Shown: positions 12,991 to 27,700, counted from the stretch's first letter. The stretch is 64,000 bases of DNA from Chrysomallon squamiferum (GCA_012295275.1 CM022671.1:4836001-4900000), one strand, 5' to 3'. Program-made: numbers and translations. The notes: generated by a model from the sequence alone, not told the origin.

Positions 12991-14190
12991 GTATCTGTTT
13001 TATTAAATATTTGTTCCATAAGAAATGACATTTGTGTACTAATGAAAAATCTTTCATGCAAAACTGCCATTTTATTTTGCTAATGCGAATTTTTATTTTC
13101 CGCTTCGCTCTCAAATCAGTCAAACAGAAATCAATACTTTGATTGTTTGTTATTGAATATTTGTCTCTGTAATGCTGGTTAGTGCTTATTTAATATGGAT
13201 ACCTTTTTGTCTTGTTTATTTGTTTCCATTATTGCATCTATATATATATATATCCACACACACACACACACAACACACACACACACACACACACACATGT
13301 ATTATTATTATTACTACTACTACTATTATTATTATTATTATTATTATTACTAGTACTACTATACTACTACTACTACTTCTATTATTATTATTATTATTAT
13401 TATCTTATAAATAGTAGTAGTAGTATTACTATTACACCATTATTATTATTACTACTTGTACTACTACTACTACTACTACTACTTTTCCTTCTATTATTAT
13501 TATTATTATTATTATGTCATTCATTTCATCTTAAATTACATGTATATGTATATTTCGTAATACTGTATAAATACACTAATGTATAAATATACTATTTTAA
13601 CTCAGTCGCAAATCAAATTTACTCACACAAAGATCGCTAACGGTGGTATATGATTTAAAATTCATTGCCAGACAGTTACTTTCATTTTAATAAAATGATG
13701 ATTTAATTTGATGAATTGTGATATTAATATTTCAGAAGAGATTAATTATGTATTTTAATTTCTGTAATATAATGTTATATATATACAGTTTCATTAATTT
13801 CTATTTTTATAAAAGTTATGATCAAGTGTTTTTATCAAACCTTTTTTTTTTTTTAAAAAGATTAAAAAAATAATTATTTCAATTTGATTTTATAAAAGTT
13901 TTCGTTTGATATTTTCAAAACTGATACAAATGTGGATGCTTTTTCTTGCAGATTTTTATGAGTAATATTATATGTATACGTTCTATTAATGCTTTTTATT
14001 TATTTATTTATTTATTTATTTAATTTTTGTTAATACTGATTTAATTAAATAATGTTTGGTTTATCGGGTAGAACTCTGACAATCAAACTGATACGTTGAA
14101 ATTTAATCTATCTTATCTTTATCCTGTAATGACATGTATTGTAATAAATCTAATATAATCCGTCTTAATGGATTTCACATTGTTATTTTT

Positions 14191-14300
<110 letters not shown>

Positions 14301-14492
14301 ATTGAATTATGGCTGTTGTAACGTCAAGAACCGCTCTATATATGTTTTTGTGAACACTAATCTTTGCTAAAAATAAAGTAACATATTAATTAATCGAAGA
14401 AAATTCTCTGAGACTGCCAGTGTTTTTCTTCTGATATATTCGTAAAATCACATCTTGTACAAAAATGTATAATAATAATAATAATAATAATA

Positions 14493-14524
<32 letters not shown>

Positions 14525-14653
14525 AATGCTGATGATTATGATGATGATGGTGAAGAAAAACGTCACATCAAAATATTATATAATGTATTTAGAATATTTG
14601 TTAAATATACCAGGAGTAAAAGTATTTTAAGAAGTATAATAAACACACACTCA

Positions 14654-14688
<35 letters not shown>

Positions 14689-15259
14689 TCACACACACAC
14701 ACACTCACACACACACACATATATATACATAGATGGGTGAGGTGTTATATAAATAAATATTAAGTGCTTATATATAGCATATCAGTGAATATCTATGCTG
14801 GTTTTATTTTTCCACGATCCTATCAAACATTGCTTCAGCAGTTAACAACAAATCTATAAATAAATGTCTGGGTGTACAAAGAGTTCACTGACCTGATAGA
14901 ATTATCAGCTTAGTTTTTACCTGTCATACAGGTGTAGAATTTCATCTTCAGCTAGCTTATCTCACCTTTCGATTGAACATTTTGCTTCACGGAAGATTAA
15001 GGTAATGATTTCTGCATGTCTGTAATTCATCTATTTAATATCAAAGTTCGTGCTGTAGGTTTCGGGATCGATTCTGCGTATCAAATTACGGGAGTATTAT
15101 TTATTTATTTATTTATTTATTTTTGTTTGTTTCTTTTTTACTCACCGCTTCAGTTATTTCTTCAAGATAAGATGTTTTATTTATTTATTAATTTATTAAT
15201 TTATTTGTAAGCTACTCTTATCGATTATCAGTAAACAGACATGAAAATACATACTATTG

Positions 15260-15336
15260 TCTATGAAACTGTAGGAGCAATGATTAGATCGGCAAATTCT
15301 ATGAAACTGTAGGAGCAATGATTAGATCGGCAAATT
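15260..15336. repeat. Perfect 38-bp tandem duplication
   Basis: TCTATGAAACTGTAGGAGCAATGATTAGATCGGCAAAT occurs twice head-to-tail. Confidence 0.95.
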
Positions 15337-15986
15337 AAGCAAAGCACATGTTCTAATCATGGAGCGAGGTCCCATGTCAATAAAAGTTGATTTCGTACAG
15401 TACAGACAACATCGCGAGACCAACAGCGTCTTCTAATTCATGACGTCATAGTTCGTACAACAGCGTCACTGTTGTCGTCCATAATGTGTTAAGCAGCCGA
15501 GGTGGATGTCGTCGTCTTTGGAGTTGTAGAGGTTGACTTCGTGTGTCATTATTTGATTCAGTGTTTTTCTCTTGAATTATTGTCGTCGCCTTAGAAATCG
15601 ACGTTGTCGTCGTTGTTGTAGGTGTAGACTGTGATTGTCATTGCCGTTGATGTAGAGTGTCGTCGCCGATGATGTAGATTGTCATGAAAATCTTCTCTTC
15701 TCTGGGTAGATTTTGGGGGATTTCGTTGTTTTTGTTTTTTTTTTTTTTTTTTTTTCTTTTTTTTTTTTCTTTCTTTCTTTCTTTTTCTTTTTTTTTTTTT
15801 TTATTATTTTATTTTATTTTATTGATTTATTGATTTTGAGATCTTCATCCAAGGAGCTGCATAGAGTACATTATAATTAAATGACTTCAATTCGACAAGG
15901 TCACAAGGTGAAGGTCATAGTCTCGTCTGTGTCTACTGAAGTATCTCCTATACTGCCCTTAATTGAACTACCACAGATAACGTTCC

Positions 15987-16021
<35 letters not shown>

Positions 16022-16556
16022 GAGTTTAATAGATAGATTTCAAATAGATTCTGTTCTTGCTTTAATTTTTATCATTATAAATTTACTTGTTTGTTAATGA
16101 ATTATTTATTATCATCATCATTATTTATTCTTTTTTCTTCTTTTTTTTTTCCCCTTTCGGCTTTTATTACCTTCGAACAGAATATTCCTAAAATAGTCGC
16201 TTAGTTAGAACTTTATATCTGAGCCTTGTCAAATTAATTATTTCACAAACCACTACGAGGGAATTTAAACGACACTGTTTTGTTGTTCCGTTGTTTTGAC
16301 ACGGCCACTTATCATAATTACCTGACGTTAAGCCGCACGGAAATGACAGCTACTTAAGCTTATGATCCGTGAATTAGACTCGCCACTCTCCAACGGGTTT
16401 CAGTAATGGTGGGATTTATGTAACAGACAAAAGGTTTAACGAGTAATGGTGTTATTGCTGACTTGAAAAGACTGTTAATAGCATTACAAATATATATATA
16501 TATATATATAACTGTTAATAGTCTTTTCATATATATGTATATATGTATGTATACAT

Positions 16557-16667
<111 letters not shown>

Positions 16668-16853
16668 ATATATATGGATACATAGATATAGTTATATATA
16701 TTTTTTTTAATCATTTAACTTTAAGTTTATGTTTAACAGTGTTTAACAACAACAAAATAATAATAATAATAGTAATAATAATAATAACAACAACAACAGA
16801 AATAATAACAATATTTATAACAGTTTTTCTTGCGTCTGTTTTTTTTAATTATT

Positions 16854-16886
<33 letters not shown>

Positions 16887-18448
16887 TTATTTATTTATTG
16901 TTACTGTTGTTGTAAATTTGTTATTTTCATTTATATTTTATTTTGACCATTTTTCGTATTTCCAAAAAAACCATTAAATGATGCCTAGAGACTGAAGCTG
17001 TAATCATTTTTCTTTGAATGGAATATCAGTGTCCTTTATATTAGTTCTACTATCTACTCTCGAGTTATATCCAGTTCCAGCTAGAGTCTCATTTATAAAC
17101 GCAACACTGCTATGTTAATTTCTTCCTGTGTATGGGAATATACATCTTGCCGTTCCCTTTCTGCTTATCGATACGAGTAGACAGCAGAATGGTGGTATCG
17201 AGTTTTCTCTTTAATGTGAATTGTATCTAGGGAAAAATGCCCAAATAACATAAATAACAAATAAACAGAAACGAAACAAAACATAATGTCCTGAGAAAAA
17301 AAGCAAGAAAACAATATGGTGGCCATTTAATTTTCGTCCAAAAGGCTAAAACCTTTTTCTTTGTTATTATTAATCATATTATTCGTTATTATTTGAATTG
17401 AAAAAAAAAACTGATCAAATTTCTACCTTTTTCTGTAACACAAAACAAAATAAAAGCTAGACAGTTTCCTGTGAACATTAAACATCTAAATGAATCACTG
17501 TTTAATAGTTACTGAAAGAAAAATTAGCGATGGATTTCTCGTTGTGCTAAGCTAAATAAACTTTGACTTTATAAAAGATACAATTTAGTCCACATCTCAG
17601 ACAAACAGCAGGATGGGACATTCAAATCTTGTTTTTTCAAAAACGATCAGATGTTATCCCAATATTTGCTTACGTATATCTGTCTACACGCGTTCTGAAT
17701 ATTTTACAGTCCTATTCATTTCCTTTGAGGTATATTTAAGTAGGTAATAACTATAAAAAAAAAAATTAAATAAATAATGAAGTAATTGTTTTGGGAGACG
17801 ACAAAAGATGTAATATACGTTCTTCATGCGTGTACTTTGTGCAACGGCCATTAAAAGCTGGTATATTAGTAACCAAGCTTTTAACGTCTGAAAACGCCAA
17901 CGAAAGTAAACAAATGTTTATGAATACGCGTTTTAGCAGGTCCGCAGTTTCACAGTTCAGCGCATGCGCGGATCGAAACGTGGCTATTACAACGCTCTGT
18001 TGGCGTTTCACGACGTTCTGCTAACTTAATAAAGAAAAGTATTGTGTGGCATGTTATTTTGGTTTCACTTCCAGTTGGTTCATTTTTCTTTCCTTTGTAA
18101 ACATTTTTATTTTTTTTATTTTTTTTTTCCCCGTGATCCGCATGTTAAAGACATAACAATTGGTAAGTTAGACCTTTCGTGCTCATTACAGCTTGCGTGT
18201 GAAAACAAACTGGCGTTATAATAATTCGAAGTTTTGTATTTATCTCCCTGGACACTTTAGTGCTGCCACCTATTTTCGGGGCGTTGATTGTTTTTAAAAT
18301 TTTATTTATTGATTTATTTTTCAGTATAGTTTAAATATTGTTATAACCACTTACTGAGACAGCCCTGTGTGATTGAATCGATACAAATTAGTTCGCCCAT
18401 TATGTGAATTCCCGATCCAGCAAGCTGCTCACAGATGCCTGATATTTC

Positions 18449-19360
18449 AATGAATGAATAAATGTTTAACGACATCCTAGCACGAAGAACACATCGGCTA
18501 TTGCATGTAAGAGAAAGGTAAACACAACAAAATGGTGATTTCTTTATATATAAAAATTGAAAAATTAATTAAAACACAGTGTAAAGACCTGTGTAAAATT
18601 AAAACTATCACAGTTGAATTATATTAAATTTGTAGTAAAATTCTGTAACAGTTGAATTATTAAAATTGTAGTAAAATTCTGTAACAGTTCAGTTATATTA
18701 AAATTTGTAGTAAAATTCTGTATCAGTTCAATTATAGTAAAATTTATAGTAAAATTGTGTAATAGTTTAATTATATAAAAAGTTGTAGTGAAATTCTGTA
18801 ACAGTTCAATTATAATAAAATTCTGCATCAGTTCATCTTAAAATTTTATTAAAATTTGTAGTAAAATTGTGTAACAGTTCAATTATAGTAAAATTTGTAG
18901 CAAAATTCGGTATCATTTCATTTATAGTAACATTTATAGCAAAATTCTATAACGTTTAATCATATTAAAATATGTAGTAAAATTCTGTAACTTTAAAATT
19001 TTTAGGACACGTTCAGGATGGAATCGAAAGGACATCATTCGTACTGGACAATCCTTCTTCTTCAGGACAAACGAACGGGTCAAACAGATATAACTGATGC
19101 GAACACGACAGTCGACTATCTCATCATTCCTGCTCCTCCTATAGGAGGACTGCCAATCTCCCAGGTCTGGTTTTACAGAATGAACTTTGTGCACAACCGC
19201 ACCGTTCCAAACATGTTACCAAATCGAAGAAAATACATCGATCAGTTCGATGTTTAAAATTACTGTAAGGGTCACCAACCTTGACACGTGGCAAATCTAG
19301 AGCAGATTTTTGGCAGCAGAGACTCGCTTTTCGTTGCTGGGTAACCAAAAATCTGTGATA
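18449..19360 (-). mobile_element. Degenerate 3' end of an RNase H-containing non-LTR retrotransposon (I/Nimb/Loa-type LINE)
   Basis: Broken minus-strand frames read FWLPS-NEK..SAAK/SALDLPRVKVGDPY (RNase H C-terminal WxPSH..GNE.AD..AK-like), then HSVKPDLGDWQSSYRRSRNDEIVDCRVRISYICLTRSFVLKKKDCP..SFRFHPE, typical of the post-RNase H part of ORF2. A short (ATTC)n-like tail lies at ~18449-18464. Confidence 0.75.
18606..18992. repeat. AT-rich minisatellite, ~33-35 bp unit (TTGTAGTAAAATTCTGTAACAGTTCAATTATA..AAA)
   Basis: About 10-11 degenerate copies of AAAATTCTGTAACAGTT(C/G)AATTAT, inside the LINE remnant. Confidence 0.9.
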
Positions 19361-19583
19361 TGTCTGTCACTACGTAGATTCGAGTAGAGTGGCTCATTTA
19401 ATGATAACTGCGACATTTCTAGAACACATAGGCATACACATTCAAACACACACATTCACGTATGGTTGTGTATATGTCTGTATAAATGTACTTATATCTG
19501 TATAAAAGTATGTATGTACGAGTAAATATAAATATCTATATGTATGTGTATATATATATATATATATATATAAACACACACGC

Positions 19584-19614
<31 letters not shown>

Positions 19615-21004
19615 CACATGTATGCATGTATGTATGAATATATATATATATATATATATATGTATATGTGTATGTATATATATATATATACATGTATGCA
19701 TGTATGTATGTGTGTATGTAAGTATATATGTATACATGTATGTATGCCTGTATAAATGTATGTAGCTGTATATATGTATGTAAATACGTAAGTAAATAAA
19801 CAAGTCTACATGTATTTACGAGCACTTCTGTTTGTAAACGCACGTGCAGGTGTTAGCACCGTGTTAGGTAAATAAATAAATAATAAAGCCGAACTCAAGC
19901 TGGCGGCAATCAATGAATTATCATTTCTAAATGAAAAGGTGGCCAGCAGGTGACTACTCTGTGGTTTTCCCTGGGCAATATAATCATTAACAATCGACCA
20001 GAGATTAATATCTATATTCTATCAGATGTACCATCGACCTAAGTGTTCTGTGATAAACCACGAGGTCGCAGACAACGGTTTCTTTTTATCTGCGACTGTT
20101 TAGAGCAAACAATGGCTTGGACCAACAGTGACGCACTGTTACTTCAATCTGCTGGCTGATATACTTAATGAAGCACCTGCAGGACTTAGACAAATTGTGA
20201 AGAGTGACGTTTTCTTTATTAATTTCAGTTGCAAAAACCTAGACGTTGTTTTTTTTGAACTCTGTTTCTAAGGAAGTAGTTATTCTTCTTGATGCACTGT
20301 ATGGATTTTTTGGCCAATTTTGTGACTTTTTTTTTTTTTGATTGGGTAGGTGGATTCCAGTTGTATCAGTGTTGAACTGGTTTTTATTGAACTACTGGAC
20401 ATTGTGTGAATCGTTTGGCTAATTTTCAGACCTGGTGAGATTTCAGTTATTATGTCCTTATAAGGAAAAAAAAACCAGAATCAAAATATCCATACTTGTG
20501 CACTAAACAGATTTATGTAATTGTGACTTGTTTTATTTTTGTTGTCTGTTACGTAAATCTGACAAGATTTGTTTTCATCAACAGAACTAGTTAATTAGTG
20601 ATACTCGATGGATTTCAACTCGCTGACTTTAGAACTAATTAGCTGAGAATTGATCCTAAAATTCATCTGTCGAAGAAGAGAAAATTTGTTATGAAGATTT
20701 GGCGAGTTTCGAGCTCTTTGTCCACAGAACACATCAGTTGAGAAATTACTGCTGTAGTAGATTTGTGAGGAGTTTAAACCGTTTCAGTGATGTAGATCTG
20801 ATAAGGTTGAACACTGTGCGTACAGAATACGATACTTTATAAATATTCTTCATTTGTACGTCCTAAAATATTAACCAGTGGTCATAAAACTGTTGGTCTA
20901 TACGTTTGGAAACGGAATCCAGATTTCAGTTACTGGCGAACCACTAAATTAAGAAATTTATCACGTTTCTCTTCGATATTTGATTGTTTTTTTTTTTTCC
21001 CACA

Positions 21005-21463
21005 ATGGAATCAGACACTGTCAGACTCTGTATAGGTGGATCCGTATTTCTGACGACGGAGAAAACCCTGAGCAAATACCCCGAAACCCGGTTAGCAAAC
21101 CTGAACGCGTCGAGTTCTCACTACGACAAAACAAACAACTGGTACTACTTCGACAGGGACGACGAAGCCTTCAAGTCCATCCTCAACTTCTACAGGACGT
21201 CCGAACTGCACGTGCCGAACCACATCTGCGCGCGAGCGTTCAGTCGCGAGCTGGAGTTCTGGAACGTTCCAGAAACGATGGTGTCTAATTGCTGTTGGCG
21301 GTCAATGTACCAGATCGAGAAGGACCGGAAGCTGTTAAAGATGCTTAATCACGAACCGGACCGCTGTGGCGTGACGTTAAGCGGAACAAAATCAAAATGC
21401 GGACAATGGCGACATCGATTTTGTCAGTTTCTTGAACAACCGAATTCTTCAAAAGAAGCCAAG
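21005..21463 (+). CDS. Kv-B exon 1: Shaw/Kv3-like K+ channel T1 domain
   Basis: MESDTVRLCIGGSVFLTTEKTLSKYPETRLA...YYFDRDDEAFKSILNFYRTSELHVPNHICARAFSRELEFWNVPETMVSNCCW...FLEQPNSSKEAK. Donor GT at 21464, the same position as in the paralogs. Confidence 0.92.
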
Positions 21464-21688
21464 GTTCGTGTTAAACATTATGGAATTGTAATAAAAATAT
21501 TGTTGATTAATAATAAATCATTAATAATGTCCATTTTATAAAAAGAATGGAAGAAATAATAGTTCTGGACTATTTCTTAAAGTGCGAATCATAGAAAGAC
21601 CCACATTCTATTATTTCCTGTCGTAATAATTTCAAAATGTAATCTTTCACTTTTTATTATATTTTGCATTTATAGATAGATAGATAGA

Positions 21689-21724
<36 letters not shown>

Positions 21725-22234
21725 TACATACATATATATACATATATGTATGTATGTATGTATGTATGTACGTACGCATGTTTTAATATATGTACACAGA
21801 TATATATCTGTGTACGTGTTAACGCATGCGTACACTGACAAACCGACATACAGCATTTCGAAACCTAAACAATAATAATTTCGATTTTCATCAAAGTACA
21901 GGAAACCGCAGGTGGCGCTGTTTATCAAACAATACAATCATCTGATACACAATTAGCTAGTGTTATCTGCACAACTGACACCCATTATGGACAATTTCAC
22001 CCAGATCCGTGATAATTATTCTATTATTTATCGATTCGTATCAGATAATTAACACTAGTTTTCAGTACGGTATTATCACTTCGTATACAATATTAATATA
22101 TATATTAACTCGGCGATGTGAAATTATTTTGCAGTTAAGTTTATTTCACGGTAGAAAAGACATGATCAGAGAAATCTTGTTATTAATATGTAAAAGATTA
22201 ATGAGAATTTCTGTTTAGTGCTTTCTGACAAAAT

Positions 22235-22700
22235 AATAATGTAGTTATAATAATAGTAATAGTAATAGTAGTAATAGTAATAATAATGATAATAATAACA
22301 GTAATAATAATAGAAATAATAATAAAAATAATAATAATAGTAATAATAATAATATGGTAAATAATAATAATAACAACAACAATAATAATAATAATAACGA
22401 TGATGATGATGATGATAACGATGATAATGATGATGATAATAATTATAATTATGATAATGACAATTATAATAATATTAATGATGATAATGATGACGATAAT
22501 GATAATAATAATAATAGTAATAAGAATAATAATAATAGTAATAATAATAATATAGTAAATAATAATAGTAATAATACAACAACAATAATAACGATGATGA
22601 TGATGATAAGGATGATAATAATTATGATGATAATAATGATGATTATGATGATGATGATGATGATGATAATAATAATAATAATGACGAAGTTGATGAAAGA
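22235..22700. repeat. Compound (AAT/GAT/AGT)n trinucleotide microsatellite in the Kv-B intron
   Basis: Continuous degenerate AAT/GAT repeats. Confidence 0.9.
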
Positions 22701-22934
22701 TAAACAAAATATGATAAAAGTGTAGATAGATAAATACGTAGGCAGATAATATCGATCTTAGAATATTCCGTGACTTCTATATTAATTTGGTAATATTTTA
22801 CATTTTTTTATAATTTTTTTTTTAATAATATTAATGCTAAAAATAACTAAGTCTAAATTTTTGAAGAATTATCACAGTCTCTTTTTTATATTTTTAATAT
22901 TTTTTAATTTTAATTATTATTTATTTATTTTATT

Positions 22935-22965
<31 letters not shown>

Positions 22966-23050
22966 TCTATTTATTTATTTAATTATTAATATTTATTATT
23001 ATTTGTAGGCTTGTTTGTTTATCTATCTAATTATAATAATAATAATAATA

Positions 23051-23104
<54 letters not shown>

Positions 23105-23137
23105 TTTTAATTTATTTATTTACTTATTTACTTTCAG

Positions 23138-24040
23138 CTGTTCAATCTGTTTCTGATGTTGGTCATTGCAGTCTCTGCGGTTGTCGCCTGTCTTGAGTCT
23201 GTTTCTGAGTTACGCGATCACTTTCACTTCGACCCCGACGACCCCAGCCTCGACGTCACCGAGCAGCAAGAACTACGTGAACTGCAGTCGTACATCGCCA
23301 ACATGACAAACGTCAAACTGCGTCTACTGCTGTACTCGACTCAGAACCGAGGTCTGTATTACACCGACGTCTTCTGCTTGATTGTTCTGTCGGTGGAGCT
23401 GGTGGTCCGGTTTTCGGTGTGTCCTTTCAAGCTGGCCTTCTTCAAACGACTCAGCAGCTGGGTGGACGTCGTCAGCATCGTCACAGGCGTCTGCATTTAC
23501 CTGTACGAGTTCGCATACGAGAACGACTGGGTTCCCGACACGGAGACGGCTTTTTTCCCGTACTTCGTTTTCCGATGTCTGTACGTCGTTCGTCTCTTCC
23601 GCTTCTTCCGTCTGTCGCAGAGGTTCGACGGGTTGAGGATAATGATACTGTCGCTGAAGCTGAGCTCGAAGGAGCTGCTGCTGCTGGTGATGACGTATTT
23701 GATTCTGGCGACTATGTTTGGATCGGTGGAGTACTACTGCGAGTTTCATAACAACCGCTTCTCAAACATGCCGATCGCAATATGGTGGGCAATTATCACC
23801 ATGACAACCGTGGGGTACGGCGACTACGTGCCTTCCGGGCTCTGCGGCTACGTCGTTGGCTCGATGTGCTCGTTGTGTGGTCTCATCATCATCGCCATGC
23901 CCATTGCTGTCGTAGCGTCAAATTTCAACAGCTTGTATTCACAGCATTTGTCTAAAAAACACCACAAACGTAAAGACAGTGAACAGCTGAACGAATCAAA
24001 GAAAAAACATATTGCTGAACACACCGACACAAGATACTGA
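23138..24040 (+). CDS. Kv-B exon 2: S1-S6, pore and C-tail
   Basis: Acceptor CTTTCAG (23131-23137), then LFNLFLMLVIAVS. S4 RCLYVVRLFRFFRLSQR, pore NMPIAIWWAIITMTTVGYGDYVP, S6 LCGLIIIAMPIAVVASNF, TGA at 24038-24040. About 453 aa in total. Confidence 0.95.
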   Translation: MFNLFLMLVIAVSAVVACLESVSELRDHFHFDPDDPSLDVTEQQELRELQSYIANMTNVKLRLLLYSTQNRGLYYTDVFCLIVLSVELVVRFSVCPFKLAFFKRLSSWVDVVSIVTGVCIYLYEFAYENDWVPDTETAFFPYFVFRCLYVVRLFRFFRLSQRFDGLRIMILSLKLSSKELLLLVMTYLILATMFGSVEYYCEFHNNRFSNMPIAIWWAIITMTTVGYGDYVPSGLCGYVVGSMCSLCGLIIIAMPIAVVASNFNSLYSQHLSKKHHKRKDSEQLNESKKKHIAEHTDTRY

Positions 24041-24992
24041 TCATATACAATATTTCTGTGTTTTAAAGTATATGTTTTTTTTGTCCAAGTTTTTATTTAT
24101 TTATTTATTTGTTTTGTTTGTTTGTTTGTTTGTTTATTTGTTTGTTTGTTTGTTTGTTTGTTTGTTTGTTTATTTTACTTAATTTTTTAATTTTATTACA
24201 TTACATTTTATTTTATTTTATTTTATTTTACCCTCTTTTATTTTACATTTTTTTAAAATATTTTTATTGAATTAATTATATTTATTTTTAATTTTGATAA
24301 ATATATTTTTGTTTTGTCAAAATGTTTCAATATTTTCAAGTGATGAATAAATCTGGGGAAAAAGCTTGATATTCAAATTTGTATATTATATTCTTTTACA
24401 TTTTATTTATTTATTTATTCAATACAACCTGTTAATTGTTGTTGTTGTTGTTGTTATGGTAGATATAGCACGACTGCTACTACTACTACTATTGCTGCTA
24501 CCACTACTACTGCCACTGTTGCTATTATTCCTACTGCTACTACTAATACCATAACAGTTACCAGTGATGTACTGTTACATTTACTACCATTAAACTGCTA
24601 TTACTACCGTTATTATTTTATTTATGCTATACTAGAGAGATTTGTGCTTCTGTAACTAAATAAAATGAGTTAATTTAATAGTTAGAAATGTTTAGAGTAG
24701 ATGAGTAATACAAAACGTTTTGTTGTAGATTATAGGGCAAACGTATTTTCGTTCTACTTCATTTAAAAGCTAATAAATCAAAAATATTTAATTAAGTTAG
24801 TTTGAGCACTAAGAAATATGATTCCGTTTGCAAAATTACCCCGGAAGTTAAGTAAATGTCGTCAACTTAGCCCGGTGTGTTGTGTTTCCGATGGTGTCTT
24901 AATTTCGCACACTTAATCATGTTTAATTTTAAATGTCGTTGATTGTTTTGTATTGAGTCTAGGATAACCTGTCCTTGAAAAAAAAAATAAAA

Positions 24993-25061
<69 letters not shown>

Positions 25062-25233
25062 AAAAAGTTATTTTATTTAAAAATATAATCTAAGGGACAT
25101 ATTTGGAAATATTTACAGTATGTATTTATTCTATTTATTACCATCATGGTCCTCATCATCATCATCATTATCATCATCATCATCAATAATAATAATAATA
25201 ACGATGTGATGATATTATGATTAGATGATGATG

Positions 25234-25270
<37 letters not shown>

Positions 25271-25783
25271 TATTATTATTAATATTATTTAAATATTCAC
25301 ATTTACTTGTACATTCTAAGGAAAAGAAAATACAAACAAATAATCAAAAACTACAATAGATGTCGTTAATAAATGTACCAGCAAATGTACACATTATGAC
25401 TAATATACAAAGAAAACACCCAAACACATATTCATAAACCCAAACCATTACTAAAACACACATACAAAATTAAAAAGACGCTGATATATCATTCATGACA
25501 AAAAATAATTATTAATAATTTTTTAATTTATTATATTTCAAATTAAATTTCCTTTTCTTTTCTTCTCTTTTCTTTTATATATTTGTTACTTACTACTGCT
25601 GCTGTTACTACTACTACTACTACTACTACTACAATTATTAGTATTATTATCATCATCATCATCATCATTATCATCAGCCCACATAGATGTGGCTCTCTCA
25701 AAACGTTACACACTCTATGACATTACTTTGTAATATTAGATAAACTTAAAAATCATTTCGAGTTTCACAAATCGCTTTTTGAT

Positions 25784-25907
25784 CAAATGAAAACGTGTAA
25801 CATCTAACGTCCTGTGAATAATGGAGTTAAATATTTATAACAGCTTTTTATCTCTTCCCCGATTATTTTCTATTTTGATCTTGAAATTATGTGCTTCGTT
25901 TAAGCGA
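25784..25907 (+). repeat. ~125-bp sequence with a diverged inverted copy at 30046-30167
   Basis: The reverse complement TCGCTTAAACGAAGCACATAATTTCAAGATC...AAGCTGTTATAAATATTTAACTC matches TCGCTTAAACGAAGCACACAATTTCAAGATT...AAGCTGTCATAAATATTTAACTC starting at 30046. Confidence 0.85.
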
Positions 25908-26541
25908 TTTTTCGAAGATGATTAATTCACATTAAAATTTAAAAATATATATATATATATATATATTATTATTATTAATATTTTCGGAAACTTATCACAC
26001 GGATGTCATTTATATATATATAGGTTATCAGAATAACAAAGATTAAAATTTTAAATTTTCATATTTTGAGATAATACCTGAAACTCGAGTCGAAATACAA
26101 GAATTTTGTTTCCAATCTCGAGGGCGTAGCAACGATTTTTGTATTGTCGTCATCAACAATACTTATGACGTCAGATAACCTATTCAATTACCATTCATTT
26201 ACTCCCTATAGAGAGTCATCCTCGTGTTAAGTGGATGTCGTTAAATTTTTATTTCGGTTTTGTTCGCTCGCATTGCTCGAGTAAACTGCGTGTAAGCTTA
26301 ATAATCTGAAATTATTTCAAATTGAAGATGACGTGCAAAAAAATAAAAGTAAAAAAAAAAAAAAAAAAACAGCTTTACGCAAAACTGGTAGAGCGAGACA
26401 AAATGCAGTTTAGGTAGAAACAGAATTTTAAATTCACCTTAAAGGTAAACGATATAAGCGTTTTGCTGTTTTATGTATCCAAGTACAGCGTTCCGATTTA
26501 TTTTTTATTTTCATCTTATTTTGTTTTATTAATTTTTTATA

Positions 26542-26600
<59 letters not shown>

Positions 26601-26616
26601 TTTTTTTTTTTTTTTT

Positions 26617-26652
<36 letters not shown>

Positions 26653-26857
26653 TTTTTTTTTTTTTTCTGTGGGTAAAGATCATTCATGTGATCATTTGCT
26701 TTATGTAGACGTTAACCTCCAAACAGATTTATTATTTTATTTTATTTTATTTGTTTGTTTGTGACTTTATTTATAATTTTATTTATTTTGCTTTAATTTT
26801 TAATTTTATTGTATTTATTTATTCATTTAAAAAAAATAAAATTTAAATACTTAAAAT

Positions 26858-26896
<39 letters not shown>

Positions 26897-27029
26897 CTTA
26901 CTTACTTATTTATTCGAGTTCTGACAACTAAATGCTTAAATTACATTGTGTTATGCAGGACCAGATTTACTTGTGCAGAGACCCAAATCTTTGAAATTTT
27001 AGAGGTAGCCTTTGTGAAGACTTAATATG

Positions 27030-27082
27030 AAGACAGACAGACAGATAAATAGATAGATAAATAGATAGACAGATAGATAGAT

Positions 27083-27131
<49 letters not shown>

Positions 27132-27700
27132 CAGACTGACTGATTGATTGACAGACAGACAGACAGACAGACAGATAGATAGATAAATAGATATTAGATA
27201 GATAGATAGATAGATAGATTGACTGATTGATAGATTGAGTGATTGATTGACAGACAGACAGAAAGACAGATAGATAGATAGTCAGAGAGACAGATAGATA
27301 GTTAGATAGACAGACAGACAGACATAGACAGATAGACACGTATGTTGAAAGACAGATAAAAGAATAGATACTCAGAAAGATAAACAGATAAACAGACAAA
27401 CCGACATACGGATTGATAGATAGATAAAAAGATATATATTGTTTGTACTGTACATAGTATTTGTGTATTATACACTGTGTGTTGTACTGTGCAAATTGTA
27501 CATTATGTATTGTACATTGTACACCGTGTATGTATTGTACAATGTATAGTATGTATTGTACAATGTTTATTGTACGGTAAATATTGTGCCGTATGTTTGT
27601 ATCGTACAACATGTACTGTACTAGTGTGTATTGTACACTGTACATCGTGTATTGTACGATATCAATTGTTGAATGGGTATTGCACAATGTGTTTGTATTA
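27030..27700. repeat. (GATA/GACA)n tetranucleotide tract followed by degenerate TGTATTGTAC-type repeats
   Basis: GATA/GACA runs at 27030-27430 and recurring TATTGTAC/TACTGTAC motifs at 27440-27700. Confidence 0.85.

Noticed and set aside
15400-15710. Moderately GC-rich minus-strand stretch reading QSQSTPTTTTTTSISKATT...
   Set aside because: No start codon or convincing splice sites, stops in neighbouring frames and low complexity, so it cannot be supported as an exon.
17766-18024. Overlapping 77-81-aa ORFs on both strands
   Set aside because: No homology signal or splice context; probably non-coding.
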